Below are positions 57,222 through 64,000 of a DNA stretch of 64,000 nucleotides, in pieces; the first letter of the stretch is position 1, and every line of letters starts with the position of its first letter. Origin of the DNA: a virus; IMG/VR virus record IMGVR_UViG_3300015371_000002, positions 32,001 through 96,000 of that record; one strand, 5' to 3'. Both the position numbers and the translations under genes were made by a program. Under the pieces are notes generated by a model. That model did not search any database. It was not told where the DNA came from and saw nothing but the letters and a program-made list of their open reading frames with translations.

Positions 57222-58526
57222 TCAGTTGAACCAACCGTCAGCCGCCGCGACAGCAACGGTGTCGTTGTAATAAAGCTTGGTCCGCGTCAGATGATCGCCG
57301 GTGCAGCGCAGCCTGTAGGGGTTGGTGTCCTCAGTGCGCGGCGGATACAGCCCGCCGGCATTGTAGGCGGCCGCGGCCAGGATCGGGTCGTAGAGCGTCT
57401 TGGGCCGCTGGCTAGCGAGATACGCGGTGCCCGCGGCGATGGAGACTTCCGGTTGATTGAGTTCTTGTGCGGTGACCGGACGCCCAAGCATTTCTGTTGC
57501 AGTGCCGAGAAGAACTTGCATCAGCCCGACCGACTGGCGCCCGTCCGGCTCAGAAAGCAGCGCCTTGGCAATGCCGCGCGACTCAACCGCGATGGTGGTG
57601 ACGATCAGCTCGAGTGGCACGCCACTGGATAATGAGGCGGCTTTGATCTGCGTGCCAAAGTCCTTCCAGATCCTCCGAACCGTGACCGGCTCGCCAACGG
57701 TGCGGGCGGCTGATATTTCACCCTCATCCAATATACCGGTCGGCGTCACTTGCCAGCGCAATCCGCCGAACGGCCCCTGTTTCCAGGCAACCGTATCCGT
57801 GACCACCGTTGGCAGGACGGCAATGGGGGGCGGTGGTGTGGGTGTGGCGATCTGCTTGACGATGGACGCCTGAACCGCGGCCGCATCACCAAGCTGCTGG
57901 CCCTGATGCGACAGCACCTGCGAGATGCTGTCGTCCTTGCCCTGCGAACGCGCATTGTCGCCGTAGTAGAACGAGATGATTTGCGAGGCATATCCGGCGA
58001 TATTGCCCAGAATGGTGCCAATTATCGTATACCAGGCGGCCGCGAGGGCCGAATTCGTCGGGTTTGGCGATATGACGCCCGCAATCATCAAGATCGCGCC
58101 GATTACCACCAATAGCATCGAGCCGATGGCGAGGAAGACGATCGCCATACCCCAGCGCATCATCGGCTGGGCGAGGACCGAGGCGATTTGGAAGCTGCGT
58201 GCGGAGGCCCGGTCTTTGTTGGCCAGTTCGGCGAATTTGAGGTCGTTGGCCAACTCGAACTGCTGAAGCTTGATCTCAGCGTCGCGCAGATTGGTCAGGA
58301 AGTCCGGATTGCCCGCATTTGCCTGGACGGTGGCCACCACGGCCGGGGGCGAAAGCGGAGCGTCAGGGGCAATATTCGCCGCTTGGTCTGGAGGCAGGAA
58401 AGCCCGAATGGCCGAACTAACGACGGCGGATGCGAGCAGATTGAATGGTGGTGGGACCAGTAGGCCCGCGAGCAGCGTCGGGGCGGATGATTTGAGGATG
58501 GATTCGACAATCGGTGGAAGTGCCAT
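57222..58526 (-). CDS. Holin-like membrane domain fused to SLT lytic transglycosylase
   Basis: N-half with DR.SAR, two TM helices and FYYG; C-half TIAVES, GLMQV, AAAYNAG. Confidence 0.8.
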   Translation of the reverse strand: MALPPIVESILKSSAPTLLAGLLVPPPFNLLASAVVSSAIRAFLPPDQAANIAPDAPLSPPAVVATVQANAGNPDFLTNLRDAEIKLQQFELANDLKFAELANKDRASARSFQIASVLAQPMMRWGMAIVFLAIGSMLLVVIGAILMIAGVISPNPTNSALAAAWYTIIGTILGNIAGYASQIISFYYGDNARSQGKDDSISQVLSHQGQQLGDAAAVQASIVKQIATPTPPPPIAVLPTVVTDTVAWKQGPFGGLRWQVTPTGILDEGEISAARTVGEPVTVRRIWKDFGTQIKAASLSSGVPLELIVTTIAVESRGIAKALLSEPDGRQSVGLMQVLLGTATEMLGRPVTAQELNQPEVSIAAGTAYLASQRPKTLYDPILAAAAYNAGGLYPPRTEDTNPYRLRCTGDHLTRTKLYYNDTVAVAAADGWFN

Positions 58527-58693
58527 AGTGCCGCACTCCCCCATGAGGAACAGCCAAAGTCTTGACGAATCAGGAATTCTATCGTGGCATTATCGAGCCG
58601 GCAGGCTGGACCGGTAACCCAGTAAGCAGGGAGGGTAATTAACTTTATCTCGCCAAACTTTGGGCCGCGCACTACCCCCGTAGCGGCCCCATT

Positions 58694-58900
58694 TTACCCA
58701 AAGCGCTTCTGATCGTTGAGCCACGCATCACGCAGGCTGCGGATTTCGGTTTCGTTGGTGTGTCCTGTGCAGGACAACCCGCTGTTGCCGGCCTCGATCT
58801 TCACCTTCGGATCACCATAGGCGACCAGCTCGGTGCGCCCGCGGCCGCATTTGGTGCAAAAGCCATTGTCGAATGTATGGTCCATGATTGTTTCGGGCAT
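58694..58900 (-). CDS. Small Zn-finger protein
   Basis: H.F..G.CTKCG. Confidence 0.55.
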   Translation of the reverse strand: MPETIMDHTFDNGFCTKCGRGRTELVAYGDPKVKIEAGNSGLSCTGHTNETEIRSLRDAWLNDQKRFG

Positions 58901-58904
58901 CGTC

Positions 58905-59153
58905 CTATGACTCCTCGGAATCCAAGGAGTTCAACTCGTCCTCGGAAACACGGCCGCTTTTGCCCAGCACAATGACCTCGCATGAGACACCGGCAGGGTT
59001 GATCGCGGTGGCCATCCAGCCGTTACCCCGGTGAGTGAGATCAGAGACATTGGTATAACCGGCGTTGTTTAGCGCCAGCAGCGCTTCGTCGTCGGTCTTC
59101 ACGGCATCAATCGGATGGGATGGCGACGTCGGGAGGCGCATTAGCGTTTCCAT
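58905..59153 (-). CDS. PepSY-domain protein (paralog of 54265..54519)
   Basis: ALNNAGYTNVSDLTHRG..W.ATA...G. Confidence 0.65.
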   Translation of the reverse strand: METLMRLPTSPSHPIDAVKTDDEALLALNNAGYTNVSDLTHRGNGWMATAINPAGVSCEVIVLGKSGRVSEDELNSLDSEES

Positions 59154-59155
59154 GC

Positions 59156-59200
59156 AAAAAGCCCGCGACCGCGACGCGGATAAAGGGCCACGCGCGGGGC
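59156..59200 (-). terminator. Probable intrinsic terminator
   Basis: GC-rich stem closing in CGCGGGC followed by TTTTT on minus strand. Confidence 0.5.
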
Positions 59201-59341
59201 GGGGGGTAAGTTTGGGGAGGAAACGTCGGTAGTCTCAGGCAGCGGCAACGCATGATGATGACCGCCCCCTACGAACCTAACCGATACGGCCTGTCCCGCT
59301 CTCGACTAGATGCGCATCGTGAGGGGCCGTGCCCCTATAGT

Positions 59342-59479
59342 TCAGCGTCCCTTGCCGCGCCCTTTGCTGCGTTTAGGCGCGGATTTCTTCGGTGTTTTCG
59401 CCGCTGGCTTATCGTCTGTAGCCGGCCGATCCTTCAGCTTAGGCCACGGCCTGCCGGGCGAGAGCGTGCGCTTAGCCAT
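59342..59479 (-). CDS. Small basic protein (45 aa)
   Basis: MAKRTLSPGRPWPK...KGRGKGR. Confidence 0.4.
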   Translation of the reverse strand: MAKRTLSPGRPWPKLKDRPATDDKPAAKTPKKSAPKRSKGRGKGR

Positions 59480-59518
59480 GGGATTTTCTGCCGCCCTTAC
59501 GTGGTTTGCACTTCGCCA

Positions 59519-59854
59519 TCAGGGAGCCGGCGGAGGCGCTGGCGTGTTCGCAGCAACGGCAGCGGCCAGGGCAGCGTCCTTCTGCTGTAGCTCGTCAGCA
59601 AGGGCCCGCAGCGCCACTGGATCATCGGCCAGTGCCCGGATCTGGTCGGCGAGGCCGCCGATTAGCGCAACTGCGCTGTCGACCACGCTGCTGTTGGCAT
59701 GCACCTGCGCGGTAAGGGCGTCGAGTTCGGCTGACATGATTTGCTCCTGTTCGTAGATGGGGGCGAAGTTCTGCTGCAACTTCGCTGCAACAGCCGTGGC
59801 GATGGCATCGAGGTCGTCCGCCGTCAGGCGCACGGGGATGACTATCTCGGCCAT
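59519..59854 (-). CDS. Coiled-coil hypothetical protein
   Basis: AGGA SD; MSAELDALTAQV...SAVALI.GL...AANTP. Confidence 0.7.
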   Translation of the reverse strand: MAEIVIPVRLTADDLDAIATAVAAKLQQNFAPIYEQEQIMSAELDALTAQVHANSSVVDSAVALIGGLADQIRALADDPVALRALADELQQKDAALAAAVAANTPAPPPAP

Positions 59855-59870
59855 GAATATTCCTACTGGT

Positions 59871-60197
59871 TTATTGCGCCATTCGTTTGGCTCGTTCGCG
59901 CAGCGTCTTCACTGTGTGGCAACGCGCGCATCTCGCCAAGCCATTGTTTGCGCTTGTTAACGATCCACCATCACGGCGCTCAACCACATGATCCGCATGC
60001 AGGCGAATGCCGGAGCGGGGATATCGTGGATCGTGCTGCGGATCTTCGCATTGGTAGTTTGCCCGCTTGAGCACGGCAGCGGACCATTTGCGATGCTCTT
60101 TGGTCAGCAGATACGGATCAGTGCCACCCTGCGGTGGTGGCCCGAGCCCAATTCTCTGCGTCGGACGCATGGTCAAGCGAGACGGTGTTGGCCGCAT
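59871..60197 (-). CDS. HNH endonuclease (HK97 gp74-like)
   Basis: W...VL.R..Y.C......ADH..E..DGG....N....C..CH..KT. Confidence 0.85.
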   Translation of the reverse strand: MRPTPSRLTMRPTQRIGLGPPPQGGTDPYLLTKEHRKWSAAVLKRANYQCEDPQHDPRYPRSGIRLHADHVVERRDGGSLTSANNGLARCARCHTVKTLRERAKRMAQ

Positions 60198-60276
60198 CGG
60201 GATTTTGCGTTTCAGTGTGTTTTGTGTTTATTTTTCTATGGGGTGAGTTTCACGAAATGTCGCTGGAGAACAATAG

Positions 60277-60657
60277 ATGGCACGACCCTTCGCAATAGAC
60301 CCAGCCAAATGGCCGAAGATCCTCCAACAACTCGATGCCGGAGAAAGCCCAGGAGCCCTCGCTGAAGCCCATGGAGTGTCGGTTGCCGCGATTCACGGCA
60401 TCCGCAAACGCTCCGCCGATGGGGCACCAAAAGCCAACGGGAAGCGGAAGACGCGGAAGGCACGTGGGGCGTCGACCAATGGTGCGAAGCGCAAATTGCT
60501 GACCCAGGCGGGCAGCAACGAAGTCGTAATGCCGACAATTATGGAGTGGATCAGCGCCCTCTATAAGGCACAGCACGATCCTGCCGACCGGCCACGACTG
60601 CAGCAGGCTAACGCGGCGATCGTTAAGCTGGCGGCGGACATCCAAGCCGAACTTTAG
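60277..60657 (+). CDS. HTH-domain protein
   Basis: GESPGALAEAHGVSVAAI HTH; GGAG SD. Confidence 0.6.
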   Translation: MARPFAIDPAKWPKILQQLDAGESPGALAEAHGVSVAAIHGIRKRSADGAPKANGKRKTRKARGASTNGAKRKLLTQAGSNEVVMPTIMEWISALYKAQHDPADRPRLQQANAAIVKLAADIQAEL

Positions 60658-60905
60658 TCGCTCGCTGGCCTCCGCGGGGGCAAGCCGAGGCGCTTACGGA
60701 CTTTCCACAGCGTGGAAATGCTAACTTCGAGCACCTCGGCCATCCGTCGGGTGGGCAGACCGGAGTTCCACAGGACCGTGAAGCGTTGGACATTGTCCTT
60801 CGCCACGGTCTCCCACGGTCGTCGGTTTCCACCTCGCATGTCGCGAGGATAGCCAGCTACACACCGATTCGGATGGGGGTAATTGGGGATTTGCACCTGC
60901 GCCAT
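60654..60905 (-). CDS. GcrA-like HTH protein
   Basis: W......F..LWNSG.....MA..L.VS........RLGL..R resembles GcrA N-terminal HTH. Confidence 0.55.
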   Translation of the reverse strand: MAQVQIPNYPHPNRCVAGYPRDMRGGNRRPWETVAKDNVQRFTVLWNSGLPTRRMAEVLEVSISTLWKVRKRLGLPPRRPASD

Positions 60906-61380
60906 GATCCGGGCGCATTACGGCGCAGACCATATTCCACCATGCGTTGCAGACGGCAACGTTGTCAATACCAATCGCAGAAATAGTGGTCACTAAGGGG
61001 ATAATTCCCCAATCCGTTGGGCATGCGGTAGCTGGTGATGTAGCGCTGTCGTTTAATGCCGCTGCACGTAGGCCATTGCGATGGGGGCCTGGGCAGTAAC
61101 CACGGCGGGCGCCTGCCACTCCTTCAGGGCGGTTGCACCAACGGACAGTCCTATGGCGAGCAGGATGGCGACGGCATAGTAGATCGGGTCTGCTGACATG
61201 AATATTGCTCCTGGGTTTGCATTTATTATTCAGTCCGCTTTGTGCGGTTTCTGGTGGCGGGCGGTGGACTTCTTCATGCTCAGTGCCACAGCCAAAATGA
61301 ACCGAGGATCGCCGCCATGATGACTACGAACGTCAGGATGCCGGCGATATCACGGGCGTCCTGGCGGGCGTCCCAGCGGG

Positions 61381-61629
61381 TCATTCTGGCGGCTCCGGCT
61401 GCTCCATCCATCGCGTCACGGAGCGGACGCGCGCTAACTCCCCATTGCCGAACGCCACAATGTCGCCGTCGATGAGCACAAGCCAGTCCTCAATCACCCC
61501 GCCCCACTCGCCGACATTGACCGCGCCGTTCCAGAGCAGAACTGCCCGATCCTTTGGCGCTGTCTCCATCGGCTGCCAATCGCCAGCGAGGGCCACTACG
61601 CAATCAGCGACGTGGGAATTATCGGTCAT
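61381..61629 (-). CDS. DUF551-like phage protein
   Basis: WQPMETAPKD..VLLW...VTRWM..PEPP. Confidence 0.75.
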   Translation of the reverse strand: MTDNSHVADCVVALAGDWQPMETAPKDRAVLLWNGAVNVGEWGGVIEDWLVLIDGDIVAFGNGELARVRSVTRWMEQPEPPE

Positions 61630-62093
61630 GGCTCAGGCTCCATCCCATCAATCATCTCCTGGGCGGTGGCGTAACGCGGCAGGACCGTGGTGCGTGCCTC
61701 GTTCATCGCGGCCTCAGTCACCGCGCGCTGTTCTCGGCACCACAGGAAGAAGCGCTGCGCCATGTGGCAGTAAGGCGCCCCAGGCTTGTCCCGGAAGTGA
61801 CGAATGTCGCAAATGGGGCATACCGGTTCGTGCGGCTCCTCCACTTGCGCGGCGAATTCCCGCCACCGCTCGGCGGCGGCCGGCGTGTTGCGGGCGGCCG
61901 ACATGGCGCAGATCATTGGGGCACCTTCCATTCCCTGAATATTGCGATGGTTATTCTTATGGACATCGGACCAATGCCCGCGTTTTTCAGCAACAGCATT
62001 TGCGTAGGTTCGCGCATCGGCCGCCGAGAAGGTCTGTTCATTGCCATAAATCAGACGATCGACCAACGCTGCGAGCACGATCCTGTCGGTCAT
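61626..62093 (-). CDS. Hypothetical protein
   Basis: ATGA-coupled in operon. Confidence 0.55.
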   Translation of the reverse strand: MTDRIVLAALVDRLIYGNEQTFSAADARTYANAVAEKRGHWSDVHKNNHRNIQGMEGAPMICAMSAARNTPAAAERWREFAAQVEEPHEPVCPICDIRHFRDKPGAPYCHMAQRFFLWCREQRAVTEAAMNEARTTVLPRYATAQEMIDGMEPEP

Positions 62094-62587
62094 TGGCCCA
62101 ACTCATGAACCAGAGCGTGCATAGCCCACCATCCAGCGACGTAGGCTTGGCTTAGATGGACCGGCCAGGCAGCAGGTGCGGCACCAGAGCCGCCACCGAG
62201 AAAGGCCATTTCTCCGCTCTGCCACGCCTTGGCGATCTCTGCCTTCAGCCGATCGGCGACGACGGCGAGCGAGGCAAACGGGTCGGGGCGGACGCTGAAC
62301 GAGAGGTCGGCCAGACCGACCTTGGCTTCTGTCCGGTTGCGCTGGCGCTTCGGACCCTGGCGCTTTGGTGCGATCACCCGCTTGACGCCCATCAGGCGGC
62401 GCAGATCGGTGAGGCTGTTGTCTGGCCCGTGATAAGCGTCGGATGGCGAGGCCGGGACGACGAACATCAGCGACTGGCCGTTGAAGACGAAGCGGATTTT
62501 TGGGTGCTTGCCCTGCTCCACCGTCCATTCGGTGACGCCGTGGACTTCCAGCTCCCGCGTTACCGTCTCGACAGCATCATACGGCAT
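62090..62587 (-). CDS. Protein with HicA-like N-terminal domain
   Basis: GKHPKI.F.......VP.SPSD motif. Confidence 0.5.
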   Translation of the reverse strand: MPYDAVETVTRELEVHGVTEWTVEQGKHPKIRFVFNGQSLMFVVPASPSDAYHGPDNSLTDLRRLMGVKRVIAPKRQGPKRQRNRTEAKVGLADLSFSVRPDPFASLAVVADRLKAEIAKAWQSGEMAFLGGGSGAAPAAWPVHLSQAYVAGWWAMHALVHELGQ

Positions 62588-63173
62588 TGCCGTCTCTAGC
62601 CTTATCCCGCACCGCCTTGGCCTCGGCGAACTCACGCTGACGGACATATTCGCGCGCCCACATGATCGCCCCGCGGGCCTCCGTCAGGTGGGTCGTCGTC
62701 TTGGCGTTCAGCCCGTCGGTCTTGGCGATCAGCTCCCGCGCGGCAGTGGCTGCGGCAATCATGTCCTTGTCGATCCGGTCGAGCAGCGCGGCCAAATTTG
62801 CCACCATCGTGCTGGGATCAGGCCGGTCCTGCACCCAGCGACCGCCCGGCATTTCCGGCAGGAGAGCCACTGGATGGCGAGGAATACGGAACGGCTCGGT
62901 CAAGCCATCGAATCGTAGGACGGAGCCGATCCAATCCGATGTCCAGGCGATCACGGCGTTGCAGCCGGGCGCGCCGATGCCCTCCTCGAACGAGTAACTG
63001 ATCCATGGCAGCGCCTCCTGCCATGACAGCACCACGCCACGCGGCTGGTTGACGTAATTCGGCACCGTCTCGCTTTTGTAGTCGCCCCAGCCCATTTCGC
63101 CGATCACCACGGCCTCGACTGGCTGGCCGTCTGCTAGGTCCTCGATCCATTTTTTCAGCGTAGGCATAGTCAC
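62577..63173 (-). CDS. Hypothetical protein
   Basis: In-operon ORF; AWT..W...V..FDG......PR.P motif. Confidence 0.6.
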   Translation of the reverse strand: MTMPTLKKWIEDLADGQPVEAVVIGEMGWGDYKSETVPNYVNQPRGVVLSWQEALPWISYSFEEGIGAPGCNAVIAWTSDWIGSVLRFDGLTEPFRIPRHPVALLPEMPGGRWVQDRPDPSTMVANLAALLDRIDKDMIAAATAARELIAKTDGLNAKTTTHLTEARGAIMWAREYVRQREFAEAKAVRDKARDGNAV

Positions 63174-63315
63174 CTGGTCCCTGGTTTATGGCTGTCTCGC
63201 TTCGGCACGACGAGCGGCGTTGTCGATGCCTCTCGCCACCTGCCACAGAATGAACACAGACAAGCAGCCGGTGAGCGTGCCGACCAGTCCAAGAAGGAAA
63301 GCCGCTCTCAGCACA

Positions 63316-63537
63316 TCATTCGTCCGTATGGGGCTTTGCGATGGCGCGGATCGCGCTCTCAACGCCGCCCGGAGTATCTAACGCCAGGACGATCAATCGG
63401 GCCACCGCCTCCAATTCCTCGCGGTTGAGGTAACCCTCCCCGGAACTGACTGTCGGAAACAGAGCAAGAACGCGCTTGCGTCCTCCATCGACAGCGATGG
63501 CCCAGCCGGAGCCATCAGGAACTTTAACGTGCGCCAT
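63316..63537 (-). CDS. Hypothetical protein
   Basis: Co-oriented small ORF. Confidence 0.45.
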   Translation of the reverse strand: MAHVKVPDGSGWAIAVDGGRKRVLALFPTVSSGEGYLNREELEAVARLIVLALDTPGGVESAIRAIAKPHTDE

Positions 63538-64000
63538 TAATGAATCACCGCTAGCGACATATTCTGTGTCCTCTGGGTTGCCGAATTGTTGTTGTGGTCA
63601 TAACCATACCGTGCTATGCCACGGATCGCAATGGCTATTTCGACACATAGGAAAACAAATGGCTGGCGCGAATAATCCCTGGGTAAATTCCCTAACTACC
63701 GCGTCATCCGATGTGCCTACGAACGACATGGCCCCCTTTGGAGGAACGTAAATGAGACACGCACACTCGCCGCCGACCGCGCGATCATGGGTCGGCAACC
63801 ATGGCAACAACAACATCACCAACAGCAATAATTGGTCGCCCGCGGGGCTAATCGGCCCGGCGGATACCCTAACGATGGCGACGGGAACCATGAACATTAG
63901 CGGCACCCAGCTACCGTCAACCGACGAACTGAACGTCTCCGGAGCCTCAATCGTCAATGTTGCGAACGGCCACGGCGAGCATTTCCTTGCCTCGGGCAAT

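Noticed and set aside
58595-58672. TLPAYW peptide in ORF 58295..58672 matching the 45414 protein
   Set aside because: Only six residues, different codons, and the ORF overlaps the endolysin out of frame; likely chance
63598-63999. ORF 63598..63999 as a CDS
   Set aside because: Runs off the window edge, no recognisable motif, and a competing frame ends at about 63947

Overview
The whole 64 kb window is part of a tailed dsDNA (HK97-fold) phage genome, probably of an alphaproteobacterial host (inferred from a GcrA-like HTH gene and anti-SD/terminator motifs). A long minus-strand late region (42.9 kb to 1) runs: terS, HNH, terL, an antisense HNH+RHH insert, a protease-major capsid fusion, portal, a collagen-like protein, a ~13 kb block of about 15 glycosyl-/methyltransferases and an epimerase, lectin/FN3/SPRY proteins, very large Gly/Ala/Thr 20-aa-repeat proteins, and the head-tail connector. 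A plus-strand island (43.4-53.6 kb) of about 28 small genes is driven by four sigma70-like promoters that share a GATACC-GGTAT palindrome. It starts with a ~950 nt hairpin-dense region without a credible ORF (candidate large ncRNA). Its distal half carries 19 copies of a start-associated motif TCCAATCGAAGG(A/G)G that can fold into a small SD-occluding hairpin. A second minus-strand block (53.6-64 kb) holds a holin-like/SLT endolysin fusion, a papain-family peptidase, two PepSY proteins, an HNH and small hypotheticals. No tRNA, rRNA or CRISPR array was seen. All product calls come from motif recognition by eye; no database search was run.
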